A stretch of DNA of 62,271 bases, filler included, from Platydemus manokwari (lineage: Eukaryota): assembly GCA_037951405.1 (NCBI GenBank). It is 6 parts of 6 records of this genome, joined end to end, with 100 filler letters (N's around TTAATTAATTAA, not from the genome) between each part and the next. Parts side by side here need not be neighbours in the genome. Positions count along the whole stretch, not along the records: positions 9,198 to 18,751 come from JBBMOY011233208.1; positions 18,852 to 29,854 come from JBBMOY010986638.1; 4 more parts are not named here. The stretch is one strand, 5' to 3'. The notes under the pieces are model-generated. The model had not been told where the DNA came from. It searched no databases and saw only the letters and a list, made by a program, of their open reading frames with translations. The position numbers and the translations under genes were made by a program. Below are positions 13,601-27,654 of the stretch, piece after piece (within the stretch, counting starts at the first letter, position 1; each line of letters starts with the position of its first letter).

Positions 13601-16490
13601 TTGCTTTTTACTGTTTTGCGCCTTAAAGTTTAACGATAGTGCAAAGCATGTCGTTCCAGACGAAATTTATTATTTTCCCATCCATTTGACATTAGTTCGT
13701 CAAGCTTTTTAATTTGTAACAATGCCTATTTGATGCGTAGTTTCCTGATATAAATATATGAGGAAAAAAAGAATTCCCCGGGGAGACACAACTTTCCGCT
13801 TGAATTTTAGCAAATTTTTTTTTTTTTCGTATTCAACAAAAAATTTCTAATCACAAATATTCATATTGATTTTTTCCCCTAATATTTCACAGAAAGTAAA
13901 AAAGAAAAAGAAAAATTGGTTCGAACATTGTTAATTTTAATTAAGGAAAAGGGTGATTTTTTTGTCAATTGGTTTTTTATTATCAGTTTGTATTTTAGAA
14001 AATCAATCTACAAAGTCTTGTGAAGGTGTCTGGCCAATTTATTTCTAAATGACTGTAAATAATTGTTATGTCGCTGGAATACAATTGCTAGAACACTGAA
14101 GAATTGCTTCTCGTCCAGTTGATTGTCTTTCACAAAATCTATCCCATTATTATCGCTTATTGACTGTTGGTGATTTGACTGTTTGTATTGATTTTTTTAA
14201 TAACTCTTATCAAATGGAGACAGCCAAAAAACTGGCAGTTCAATAATTCACTCACTGAATCTTCAAATTCTCTGACTCACATAATCTATGATTCTTATCG
14301 GAGAAATCTTCCATAATTCCGGTGACGCTTTCTGTATAAAACGATTCGTTGATTTTCGCTTGTTATGCTGACATTGTTATTTAAATTTTGACGTTAATTT
14401 TTTTAAAATTATATCATTTATAAAAATTTCAGAATTTTTTATTCGATAAGTAAAAAATAAAAATGAAAAATAGGAATAAACGAGAGAGAGAAAGCGAAAT
14501 AAAGAGAGAGAGAAATTATCTACAGAACATTGATGATGAATAATCGTTTTTTTCAACGGATGATTTTTTCAAATTTTTCTCCATTATCCGATTTGTTTAA
14601 ATCAATCAGATAAGGAAAGAATTTATTAGAAAACCATCATCAATGAATGGCACTGAAGTTTTCCATCAATGTTTTTTTTCAATTTTTTTGTTATTTATTT
14701 ATCTAATTCTTTTCAACTTTCAAAATCAAACAACATTAATCAATTGATAAAAACTGATATTGCTACATTTGGGTTTCGAGGAATTGATTTATACATAAAC
14801 AGTTTCTTAACTCATGAATTATCAATAAATAAATATATAAATATATAAATAAATAATAATATATATTGTTTAAATAAGTGATGCAGATAAACAAAGATAT
14901 GTCATGCTTGGATAGTCGAATTGATTGAATTTCTTAGCCCTATAATGTACATACAATATTTCTATTTTTGGCAACAAATATCTTTCAAATGAAATTTTTT
15001 TTGTTGCCTTCCTATCATTTAAACAACCTGCTGTTTCATGATAAATTAATCGAGGCCGTGGTGCTATTTCAGATCATTTATAAATTTTATTACAAATCTG
15101 GTATAAATCAGTACCAATAAAAATGACCATAAAATTTTATTACAATTTGATATATTAGTGATTTCTCTTCAGAGTCATTGAAAAATGGAAAAGCCAAAAC
15201 AAATCCAAGCTATGTAAAGTTAAAAAAAATATTTGAAAATAGATGTTTTTGAAGAAAAAAAGGAAAATTAGTAAGACTGTCATGGAACGATATTACCTTT
15301 GGGTTTCTAGATCGTGACACAAGCAATTCCAGATAAATTGACTCCAACTCAATCGGGAAAGTGTTTAAGAAGTCTTCATTGTTTTTATTTGAGCAAAGGT
15401 GTCTTAAATAAGATGACATGTGTTCTTTATCACTGTGGGGATTTGAACAATGATAAATATATATTTACATCAATTAATAAAACATTTCATTGGTCACTGC
15501 GACACAGTTAGATGACATCGAAACAATAAAGCCTAAATCAATAAGCAGCCATGCCAGACATCAAAAGTTTATATCGAACAAACCACTAGCAATCTTATAA
15601 AAAATATTCAATAAACTAAGGGTATCACGAGACATTTGTGCTGAACTCGTCTGCAGTTTGACAATCGAACTATAAGATGGTCTGTAAATCCAGCATCCGT
15701 GCATGAGAACATTCTTTACATTCTTCTTTCTAAAAATGATTTTTTGTTCATCGAGATAACTAAATTAAATCTACAAATTCATGCTATTGTCAAATATCGG
15801 GCTTACAGGTTTTTAAAATCATCACGTTTCTAAAGTTTCTTTTAGCGTGTTTTTTCTGGTTCTTTATTTATAATTGGCTAACCGTGACAGTTGGAACGCG
15901 ACCTTGAGAAAATGTGTTTTATCAGACTTTGTACAAAAGCCAACCAGCACAAATAACGTTCCAGTACTTCAAATCGGTTAACGAAAGAAAATCATAGAAT
16001 TTGCTCAATTCATTTCTTCAAACATCACCTCAAGCCAATTCTTCAATTTTTTCATCATTTTAAAAGAGTAAAATTCTACATTTACTGAGAAAAGAAATAT
16101 TATTATCTATTACTGATGGATTTATAATGATTTCGTAATTATCTCTTGTGGAATCAATTGACAATTTGCTGTAAAATTAACCAAACCTAACTGATTTTCT
16201 TTCTCACAATAATTATAATGGTTGTGAGACAAACATTAGGTGGTGTGGTCTGGATATTATTTTTGCAGATCATATTTACACTCATTTTAACGACGAATCT
16301 ATCTATTATATGATTTTCATATCGACGTGCCAGTAGGATTTTCTATTAGATATTAAAATTTACAAATTTCGTGATCCATTCGTGAATGTCAATTTTAATA
16401 ACTCCTTTATCAATTATTATATCTTTTACATTGATATCAGGTGTAAACGTCTGATAAAATTAAATATTTTGTAGGTCTTATTTTAAACCA

Positions 16491-16624
16491 NNNNNNNNNN
16501 NNNNNNNNNNNNNNNNNNNNNNNNNNNNNNNNNNNNNNNNNNNNNNNNNNNNNNNNNNNNNNNNNNNNNNNNNNNNNNNNNNNNNNNNNNNNNNNNNNNN
16601 NNNNNNNNNNNNNNNNNNNNNNNN
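16491..16624. other. Assembly gap (N run)
   Basis: Uninterrupted Ns. Confidence 0.99.
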
Positions 16625-16817
16625 TTTAAATAATCATTTTATAATTATAATGAAGGATAGTTTTAATAATAAATGAAATTAAACCACGTTATTTAAGAAA
16701 AATATAAATATGAATAAGTAAAAGCTGGGACTCTACACAATTTCTAATAATAACTTAATCGGTACAACCCTTTTATTTGGTATTAACCGCCCATATGTTC
16801 ATTTTAAAAAGATCCTC

Positions 16818-17100
16818 ATAATGATTATAATTATAATGATACACATGATGTTGATAATGATGATAATTGATAAAAATAAAAGTAATAATAATATTAATAA
16901 TAATGATGATCATAATAATATTCATAATGATAATGATATTTCAATTAATATTTATAATAATAATTGTTATAGTTGTAATGATCATATATTAATAATAATA
17001 ATAATAATAATAATAATGCTAATATTACTCTTGATAATAATCATAATATTTATAATAATATTAATGATAATTCTAATATTAATAATGATAATAGTAATGC
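16818..17100. repeat. Degenerate (AAT)n/(GAT)n microsatellite
   Basis: Trinucleotide periodicity; this explains the poly-I/N ORF 16821..17168. Confidence 0.9.
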
Positions 17101-17229
17101 AATGGTATTTATTATTCAGTGACTATTTAATTTCAATTATTAGAATTCATCACGTGCCTCTTCTTTAAAATTTTTGATTTTCTCCATATTTGTTGTTATC
17201 ACTGTCAATTTTCATTCCAAATATAACTT

Positions 17230-18060
17230 TTGTCGGACTAACGTTAATAGTATTGGTAAATGGTCCTTGAAAATTACCAGTTGCTGCTGAAAACTCTAAT
17301 GGCATCTTAAGTAAACATTATTGTCCATTTTCTGTTGAAAACGTTGTTTTTACTTGGGATTCTTCTATTTAATATTATGGATTGCGCAAGTCAATAGATG
17401 TAAAGTACTTAGAACCGTGGAATATATCTAGCTTTTCATCTACATTTGGCACTGGGAGCACTTGTCTTTCTGTTATCAAATTTAACTGTCTGAAATCAAG
17501 ATATAGTATAATTATTTTTCTTTCTTTCATGTACAAACAAGTGAAGTGTCCCACCACGAGATGCACTTAATTATGACATCATTTTGCTATAGATTCTTAA
17601 TTGTTTCATTTAATGTTTACTTCTATATTTAACGATCGTTTACGCGGCTTTATGTTTTGTTATGCCTTTTCAAGCTAATATAGCATCGTTTCATGATATC
17701 CTCTACATTGATATCGATAGCAACTATTTGGCTCTTCTCATTACAGTCGTGGCACGTTACAACCTTTGGACAATCGAAATTTCTTGAAATATTTGTTGTA
17801 GCATAAACTAGTTTCGAAGTTTTCCTTACTTATTTCCTTTACCTTATGAATTTGCTTCCTTTCTTGTTATCAATCGTGTTCACATTCTTCTGGTCTAGTT
17901 GACCAACTAAAACCAAATTCCTCAGCGTTTTGCTGGTTTTGTTAATATCGAAATATTGATTACAGTTTTTCATAAGTTATTCAATATCTTCCCCTAGCCT
18001 GTATTTGTCCAGCGTTTGTCCGCACTAGTCGATATAGAATTGCATCCAAATGTGTATTCG
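17230..18060 (-). mobile_element. Ty3/Gypsy RT remnant
   Basis: YLDFRQLNLITERQVLPVPNVDEKLDIFHGSKYFTSIDLR...KTTFSTENGQ*..MPLEFSAATGNFQ, matching the Gypsy RT N-terminal motifs. Confidence 0.8.
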
Positions 18061-18751
18061 ATATGTTAGCGTTAGCTATATCATTTAAATTATTTTAATT
18101 TTCTTATTCACTTATCATGACGTTTAGTATAATATGTTTTAATTAGAACTATTTAGGTATTAATTACTATATAAATTTTAAAATCAATTCTTAAATTTCT
18201 AATCAATTAATTTTCAATATTCCTCGCAATATTAATAATACTGTTAGCTGCTACTGTTTTATAAAGCACGCTTTGAAAACCAATCGAAACGTTACAATAC
18301 ATAAAAGTAAAATCTGAATAGAAATCATTTTCAAATCTTCACACACATTATTGATTGTATTTCTCAATATATTTTTTGATATCCTTTTGATCAAAGTTTC
18401 ATACAACCTTATATTGAAAACATTGTCCTGAATTTTCAATCAATATAAACCATTTTAACTTTCGAAATTATCTTTACCAATTGTTTATTATTTATTTACT
18501 GGCGATTATAATATTTGTTTTCCGGAATACAATTCATCTGAAAAGCCATAAATTTCGCTGGTTTTATTTCTGAGAGAAATTCATTTCACATTATTTATTC
18601 CACGTTTCGTTTTTAATTGCCAGTTTTTATTGCATTCACTGAACAAGTTCGTTGCTCGAATTGACGCCAATGGTTTTCAATTATAACAAAATAAATGATG
18701 AAAATGAAACAAAAAATAAACGCCTGATAATAATATGGCCCAATATATATA

Positions 18752-18851
18752 NNNNNNNNNNNNNNNNNNNNNNNNNNNNNNNNNNNNNNNNNNNNTTAAT
18801 TAATTAANNNNNNNNNNNNNNNNNNNNNNNNNNNNNNNNNNNNNNNNNNNN
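18752..18851. other. Assembly spacer N44-TTAATTAATTAA-N44
   Basis: Same 100-bp linker. Confidence 0.95.
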
Positions 18852-19060
18852 TAAATAATCTAAAAATATTAAACTATGAAAATCAGAGTAATAAATATTT
18901 TATTTAATTTAATTTTTTTTAATATCTCACAAAATAATATCTATAATGAAAAAATGAAGCTATTGACCTTGGATTTTGTTTTAATATTTTATTATAATTA
19001 AATTTTAATTTTATATTTATTTTAAAGTTTCTTAATTAGTAATTTCAGAATTTTAAGATA

Positions 19061-19879
19061 ATGACAGAATATTCCGATTCCACCTACGATGATTATGATT
19101 ATTTGATTAAACTTCTGGCTTTAGGTATGTTTTATCGATTGATTTGATAATATAATTAATCTTATTATAGGTGACAGTTCTGTCGGGAAAACATGTTTAC
19201 TCCAGCGATACATTGACAATGCTTATGCTCATGACTTTGGAAATACCGTTGGAGTAGACTTTAAACAAAAGCGTGTGAATTACAAACCACGAAGTAATAA
19301 TGGGATCGTTGAAAAAGATACCAGGCTCAATTTACAATTATGGGACACAGCAGGCCAGGAGAGGTTTGTGATGATAAAATTTACCAGATAATTGTCTAAT
19401 ATTGATCTATTCGTACCAAGATTCAAAAGTTTAACGGTTTCATTTTTCCGTGATGCAATGGGATTTCTTTTGGTTTTCGATTTAACCGATGAGCAGACAT
19501 TCATCAATTTGCGTGATTGGTTGCGATTATTAAAAATCAACTCCTATTGTGATTCGCCCGATATCGTTTTGGTGGGTAATAAGAAAGATCTGATAGCTCA
19601 ACGAGCAGTGACTTATGATACGGTTAGTAGTTTAGCCAAAGAACTCAAGTAACCATACCATTAACATTTTGGCAAGTTGCATAAATTGTTATTATCAGTG
19701 TGCCATACATTGAAACAAGTGCGGCTAGTGGTGAAAACGTTGAACAGGCCTTTACACTACTTATAGATCTGGTAATGGAACGAATCAATAAAGTTGTCGA
19801 TCAATCATTTTTACCCGTGAAAAAGAAAATCAGACCACCGACAAATGAAACTAATGGAAAACCTAAATGTCGTTGCTGA
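19061..19879 (+). CDS. Rab27: Rab27 small GTPase, 221 aa. Exons 19061-19124, 19171-19363, 19421-19648, 19699-19879; GT-AG introns of 46, 57 and 50 nt
   Basis: Spliced frame reads [87 protein letters not shown] and C-terminal CRC (CXC prenylation). [17 protein letters not shown]..PDIVL and the insert before LQLWD are Rab27 hallmarks. Confidence 0.95.
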
Positions 19880-20310
19880 ATTCATCACCGGGAAATCGAT
19901 CGATAAATATGACATTTAGGTCTATTCAATTAATCGTGTGCCCAGGTGCGTGCTCTGACCAAATAATGATCTGAGTATATTTGTGTGTGTGCGTGTGCGT
20001 GCGCGTGCGCGATATAAGTTGTGGTATGCATCTATTGGATGTGTGTAACTATTGTGATGTTGTATGCTGGCATTTCGCTCTGTACTCAATAAGCTTTACA
20101 TTGTTTGAGATCGATATATCGGGTTTTAATTTGTTGCTATTTTTTCTTTTTTACATTTTTATATATATAATAAATATTTGATGATATTGATTTCATTAAT
20201 TATTGATTTGTAATTTTATCCATTATTTATTGGATTCGTCAATTTTGTTTCGTTTTTTTTCGATGATGTTTAATGAAAACATTGTTTGCGTTGGCGTAAT
20301 TGATTGAACG

Positions 20311-20365
20311 GATCTGATGAAGATCTGATGAAGATCTGATGTAGATCTGATGAAGATCTGATGAA
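20311..20365 (+). repeat. 11-bp tandem repeat (GATCTGATGAA) x5
   Basis: Five adjacent copies, one with an A>T change. Confidence 0.95.
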
Positions 20366-20484
20366 TGGATGCTATGAATTTGAAGAAGCTTCAATCATAT
20401 AAGCATTTCAATTAAATAATTAATCAATATTTACAAAATTGATTTTTATTAATATTTGAAAATTTTATTGAAATTTTAACTAAA

Positions 20485-20744
20485 TAAAAGTAATTATTAT
20501 AATTAATGATAATTATTATTTATAATTATTACAGTAATAATACTAATAATAACAATAATAATGATAATAACAATAATAATAATAATAATAATATTAATAA
20601 TAATTGTAAAAATAACTAAAGTAATAAAATAAATTATAATAATAATAGTAATAATATTATTAATATTATTAATAATATTTGTAAAATTAATAGTAATAAT
20701 AACAATAATAAAAATGATAATAATAATGATAATTATGATAATAA

Positions 20745-20788
<44 letters not shown>

Positions 20789-20800
20789 TAATACAATAAC
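20485..20800. repeat. (AAT)n microsatellite, partly degenerate
   Basis: Pure AAT run at ~20744-20785 within a degenerate array; this explains ORF 20503..20802. Confidence 0.95.
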
Positions 20801-23702
20801 ATTAATTAAATTGAATGAGGCAGAACTAACTCATGTATCGAAATCAAATTGAATGCTCTGAGAAATAGATTTTTTTAATTATAATTTTAATCACATGTTG
20901 AAATAAATTTCCAGGTGTTTTTTATTAACTTAAATGCCTAATTGCTGTTATCAATAAACAGAAATTAAAATTTACGTCTGTTTCACTAAATTAAGCAATA
21001 ACAAAATTTAATATCAGATGTTTGATTAAAAAAATTACAGAAACACTTAGCAGCTAAAACTTTAAAATATTAATTTAAATTTGTAATTAAATTTGATTAA
21101 ATAATTTTGATTAGAAATTACATCAAAATTAGATTTTTAAATTGAATTAAAAGAAAAGAATAATCTCGATAAAAATATATGACAATCCCAACAAATTGTT
21201 CATTGGCATAACATTATCGAATTCCTTATACTCAAAGAATCTCGAATCCTACATTCTATAATTCTCTCACTCGCAAATACAAACATATTGTCACGTGATT
21301 GTATTATAACTCATAATTTAAAAATGGTGGAAAATAATCTAATATTTGTTTAAAATGGATGTATTTTAAATACATATGATTTTTTCGGTGAAATTATGTC
21401 TTTTGAATTAAAAATAAAGTCTTAGCAACTAACAATTGTAATAATTATAAAATAATATATTTTCCATCAGATAAATTTCTCCAATTTAAGCAAGACAAAT
21501 ATCAGGAAATCAATAATATTTGCTGATTGATTTTAAAATATGAAAAATCACTTCAAATAAATCTGTTGAACATGGTGTGTGCTGAAATATTATATCTGTT
21601 ATAAAATTATTGATGGAAATTTATTGAGTTTTGTCAGAAAAAAATCTAATTTCAAATTTTTTTGCTAAAATAGTATGTAAATCATTTCATTTGTTTTTTA
21701 CTCACGCTGAAATGGCCATCAGTGCAATCTATAATTTGCGATACCTGGGTCTTGTTTTGACATTTGTTTTATCAACAAATCCAGTGAGTTTGATAGGAAG
21801 TTCCGCGATGACAAACAAATTAAATAAGCGGTGAAAATTTTTCCCTAAACGATTTTAATAAGTTTCTAAAATTGAATTATTCATTAAAATAACAGTTTAG
21901 GGAAAATATTTTTATTATTTTTAATATTAAGAAAGTAGTGATGATGATACCTGCTGGGCCGGATCAGTTGAGAATGATTATTAATTTAGAATAACGTTCT
22001 CATCAAATATGTTAATTTCTGCCAATGCATTTTATCATTAATATTTTTAATAATATTTTAGTGATGTGTTTTAGTCAAAGTTTTGCACATTTTTTCAAAC
22101 TTCAATCGATACTTATAGATTATATTTGAATATTAAATGTCTTTCCTTTGTTCTCGATTTTGTATCAATATCATTTATCGTAATTTCCAGACTATAAGGC
22201 ACCCCTTAAAACAGATTTTTAGGATTTATTAAGACGGCAATATTAAAAAGAATTATGGTGATAATTTTAATATAAACGAATGTGAAATTTTAGATGATGA
22301 AAAGCATTAAATCTTGCGATACGTTTTTAATTTAATATAATGTATTAATTAGTCAACTCAGAGTTAGGAAAATACAGTAAATAACAATGTCTAACTAGGT
22401 GTTCTATTTATAACCACGGTTTCAATCCGAGTGCTCAAATGAACTTTGGAAAGTCTAATTAAATAAGTGTGTAAACAGTTCCATAAAATATCTCAAACTC
22501 ACTTTATCATCTTAATAAAAACAAAGAAGGCTCACTATCTATTTAAATTCGGAGTGTCTAATATTTGAAGGTTAATTTAAAATAATAAAAAAATATACAA
22601 AAATTATTAAAAAATTTAAAAAACCAATCATTATTTTATTATTTTAAACATTTGCACAAAAGTTATAAATTAACCAACATTTGAAATTCAATCCAATTAA
22701 AATAATGCCACATAAAACGGAATCCTTCATAGTAATAGTTGACATTCAGCAATAATAAGGCAATGACTCATATCACTGCGCTGGAATGGAATAAATCACT
22801 CTGTCATATTTCTATTATAATTACACACATTCTGTGACTAATCTGTCTCAATGTAACAGTTACATATTTCAGAATAGCAACAATTTTTGATCCGTCGAGC
22901 CCATTTAGTACTTTTGTTATTGTTAAACTTTACCAGTCAACTTTTGGATATATCGATTTTCTCTACTATGACTCAGTTACTGTACACAGGTGAGAATATT
23001 GTGATCCATTATTTTTATTATGTTTTAATCTAGTTCAATGTTAAATATTTTATGATATTGATTTTGAATAAAAAAATTTCAATTTGTCTTTAAATTTATA
23101 AGGGAAATTGTTTTTTAAAAATGTTGTGTTTGTTTATAGGAAAAATTTTATACATTCCGTTAAGATAAATATTGAGAACCATTTCAATAATCGTGATTAT
23201 GAAATAATTCAAGTATATTTATGTCCACGTGCGATGAGTTACATTTGGTGCGATAATATCAATATATATAGAAACAAATTCTATCGAAATTATTCTCATA
23301 GTGACAGTCTTAACTATCCCTCAATACATGAATACTTTTTATTCATATATATATGCACTTTGGATTCCATAAAATGTTTAATTATAACCTACATATAAGG
23401 ATTTCTTGGTTGTTATGATGAATTTATTGATTTGTTCATTTATTATAGTCTCATAAAACTTTGTAACAATGGTTTTTGCTGCATATTTTTTCAATTTTAA
23501 TTATTTCAAATATATTTTTGCTAAAATAAAATATGACATTACTGAAGTAATATCAAGGTCACGATGTCACTTTGTGAATGGGAAAACATGTTTTGATTTT
23601 TTGATTAAAATTTTTGGAGATGAAATAGGTATTATAATAATATTAACTATGTTGTTTATACATGTCACGTCCATTATAAGGTTGAATACACTCACATATA
23701 TG

Positions 23703-24265
23703 CCGTGCGATTCATAATTCTCCGTCTCTATAACTAAAATAAAACAACAAAACACAATATAATATATGCTCACATATTTATACTTATTGATATTAATTAT
23801 TATTCACTCATTAATGTACTTTATTTCTTATTTCTTATTAATAAGTTGCATTATTACAATATGCCGGAAGCAGTTGGTGATGTTAAATTTTCGATTGGGG
23901 TAGATTGTTTATAGTTAGCTATGCAATAGTGTACCCGAGTAGTGCCAAAGCTTGCCAATAATTTTAACATTTCAATCGTGCACAATCAATGAACTTGAAG
24001 AAGCAATTTCACATAAATTAATAAAAATCAATCAAGAAGTCGTTCTTAAATGTTATTCAAGTTTCAGGAATCGATGCAATCTCTGTTTGGAGCAAGATGA
24101 TGAACATTTTGAACAATTGTTATGAAATTGCTTATTATTTCCCGCTATTTGTTCTTTGAGTTATTGATTTTTGTTATGCATTAAAGCAACTCAATATATT
24201 TAGTTGCTTTATTACATTAATGTTGCTTTATTTTAGTTTTAGAGACAGACTTTCGAATCGCACGG
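23703..24265 (+). mobile_element. Internally deleted Tc1/mariner-superfamily DNA transposon
   Basis: Imperfect TIRs CCGTGCGATTC...GTCTCTA / TAGAGAC...GAATCGCACGG followed by TA. Transposase C-terminus TINELEEAI...SSFRNRCNLCLEQDDEHFEQLL* at ~23980-24125. Confidence 0.8.
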
Positions 24266-27200
24266 TACATATTCAATCGCAGCACATACAATGGGGTAAC
24301 CGTTAGGCAATTGAATTATTGAATGAATTATTCCATTCCCTATGCATTGTTCATGAATGTAAGAAACCATCCTGACTATAAATCCCATACATTATTCACT
24401 GGTGACATAATTGGAAAGTGCACGTAAATTCACTTATTAAACTTATTGAAAAATACTTAACCATATTAAACACAACACTCAATTTTAAACATAGAGATGC
24501 CTTAAACATAATTTTGAACATATAGTTCTCCATTAACCTTACAATCGTCATATAGAACAACGCAGGCTTATGATTTCAATGAGTTCTGGAAAACATATTC
24601 AATTTTCATAGCAGATTATAGAAATAACCATAAAATCAGATCCTTTTTCAGAGCCCAAAGTTAATTACTATTACTAAATATGGCCTTAATTAACATGCAT
24701 AATTTTATCGAAATAGTGGACAAAATTGTTTTGTGTGTGAGGACATTTTCGCCCTAATAAGTTATTAAAAACTTTTTCAATCCGTAAGGTGTTGGAAATG
24801 TTCAAAAAAGATCAGTTTGATGCATGTGAATCGCCATAATTTCGCGATAATACAACCTATTAAAAGTAATTATCATTTTCATCCCAAAGAATCAAAGGAT
24901 TTTAGAATAAATTATAATAAAACATTGTAATATTTTAAATTTATTAAGAGATATGTTGAGATCTCACATTAGGTCAGATTATAGTTTTCATTCTCTTATT
25001 TGAACTAGTTAGTTGGTTTATCCATGTCATATCGACGGACTTTCATGAATTATGGCAGAGACGAAAATGAAAACGTCCACAAATCATGGCCTGAGCGTCA
25101 CACGAGTCTTATTATTCACGCTGATTCACATTAATGAAAACTTTTAGATGTAGTTATAGTTGAAATTATAATATCTAGATAATTTGTATTCATTTTCATT
25201 TATTGAAAAAGAGATCAGTAACACCAATGTCTTTTTTATAACCACTCATATTTGAACATATACGCTCTAAATGAAGATCACACCCTTTAATTATAGTTAA
25301 AAATATTCGTAGAAATGTTTAACAGCTCAGTAATATATGTCTTTATTCAAAACTAAATGTATGACTTCAGAAGTGAGTGACTGGTGATCTATGAGAAGAT
25401 GTGCACTGTTACATACACAAACAATTTATATATAAAAATATATATAAAACTAGCTTTCAAATCGAGTAAAAAATCTTTAAAAATAACTCGATTATCGCCT
25501 GTATATGTCATTGCGGAGGTTGAAAAATAATAAAGTGAAAATCAAAGTTTGATTTTATCCGATCGTAAATTGTCTCTGTGTTTGTTATCTTGTATATGAT
25601 GAATTGATGAATCGGATTTGTCGTTATATCCAGTATGCATGTATGTAATTGATCGAAACAACTGTTCCGAGTCATAAAAATTCGATGATTTTGAGTAAAA
25701 TTCTTTGCACTATAATTTATAAAAATACAAAAGAAAAATTTTAGGTTTTTAAAATTTCATATCTTGAATTACCTTGAATTACAATAATCTTTTTCAGAAT
25801 GTACGGGTAACGAATCCAATATTCCGTTTCTACCAAACTATCAAGAGAAAAAAGTAATATATTATTTTTGAAGTGTAAATGCAACCGATTATTAATAGAC
25901 GATAATTATTGTTTATTATTAAGAATTATTATTATATTTACTAGCTAGATTATCTAAATATTACTAATTCACGAAAAATCGAATAAAATCAATGTAAAGA
26001 GACTCTTTGATAAAGTATGTTTAAAACAACTTCTTATCAAATCTTACGTGCAGACCAAAATACAAAAATCATTTCTCAAAATTCACGCGAATCTTAATAT
26101 TTGTGCAAGTTATAACGTAGCTTTTCTAGAATTTTGATTTGTCAGTCATTTTGTTTTTCATTACTTCATTTCTTGTGGGATTGAAAATCGATTTTAGCGA
26201 ATATTATGAATGTACAAGTTTGAATTGATTCCAAAACAAGCCCTGCAAAAAATAATGTCTGTTTATAATACATGTTGTCATTTTTTATCGAAAGGAAAAC
26301 AACAAATACCAAAACATTTTTAATGACAAGTTAATGAAAACAAAACGATGGTAGTAAAATAATTTAATCACAATATTAAATATAAATAATTCTCACTCCA
26401 GGGAAATAAAAAATCGATAATTAATAATAAATTTTCTGATTAAGAGTCACAATAATATCCTCAATTATTACTTCACTATATTATTATAAATATAATGCTT
26501 AATAATTGAAGTATAAAAAACTTGTGAAATACTCGTACGATATCAAATAAGATTAACTTCATCTGTTTTATGATAAGATGATTACTTAACTCTACACATT
26601 TAATAAAATATTCTCTCACTTTTTGTAAAATGAATTTGTGTGCAGACATTATTGTGCGTATAACAATGTTAGCCGATCGATTGTGCATTGTAGAATTGTT
26701 ACTGGAGTGCTTCGCGTTTTAACTACATAAGCTGAACTTGGCAGTTCACTGTTACGTAAGAAGAATTTATTTTTAAAATCCGAAGGTGTTTGCAAATCAT
26801 TTATTTCCAATGTTATTTGTGAAATTGGAATTATGACTTCAAGTGTAAGTTGTGGGCTTCATTCTTGTAATGTTTTTAGAAAATTTTAGATAACTCAATG
26901 AAGTCGATTTGATTTTTCATATTTGTGTAAATTTAATTGAAATTTTGTTAGAAAATTTTTATATAAAATAAAATAATAAGATCGATAAGGGGTAGTTTCA
27001 TACATTGGTTTTGCGATACCGATTATGATAGCGAAGAAAAACAATTATGCACTTGATCCAATAAATTTTTGGTTTCATGCTTATTTTCATAACTATTATC
27101 ATTAGTTAAGGTGAAAAATATTTATTCACAATATTTGATATCAATTTTGTTTATTGAGCTTTAATTTTTGTAGTAATTCAAATTGTTGGATACTGTTGAT

Positions 27201-27654
27201 ATACATATATATTCTTATTTAATGTTACAATTATACCGTCTATAACATCTGAGTTAATCTTGAATGCATGACTATGAATCAAAGCGTAAACTGAATCTGA
27301 TTAAAACCTGCATTCCACTACATAATCCAATTCGAATAAGTCAACAAAACCGATACTGTAGTCATTGTACGCATCATTTTAGATAAATCTTAAAGGATTC
27401 ATTGATTTTATTGGATTAATTCCTTCATTTTTGTATATCATTTTAATTGCCGTTATAAATTTTCGGTTTAAATAGTCAAGAGTTTATTGGTTATCAGTAT
27501 TTCCATGAAATGTTGTCGATGTCATTTGAAACTGATATCTTTTAAAGTAAATTAAACTCTTTTTGATAACGAAAACGATTTGTTTTTACAAAATCAAAGT
27601 TAGAATTACTATTTTCTACTTTTTCAGATTATTATAATTGTCAAAATTATTGAC

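Noticed and set aside
12000-14700. UTR- or exon-like sequence with (GA)n tracts
   Set aside because: No consistent spliced ORF could be assembled.
16821-17168. 115-aa hydrophobic ORF
   Set aside because: Translation of an (AAT)n microsatellite.
19280-19540. 86-aa minus-strand ORF
   Set aside because: Antisense shadow of Rab27 exons.
20311-20365. Regular repeat considered as CRISPR-like
   Set aside because: No spacers, 11-bp unit, eukaryotic context, no cas genes.
20503-20802. Poly-Y/I ORF
   Set aside because: Microsatellite translation.
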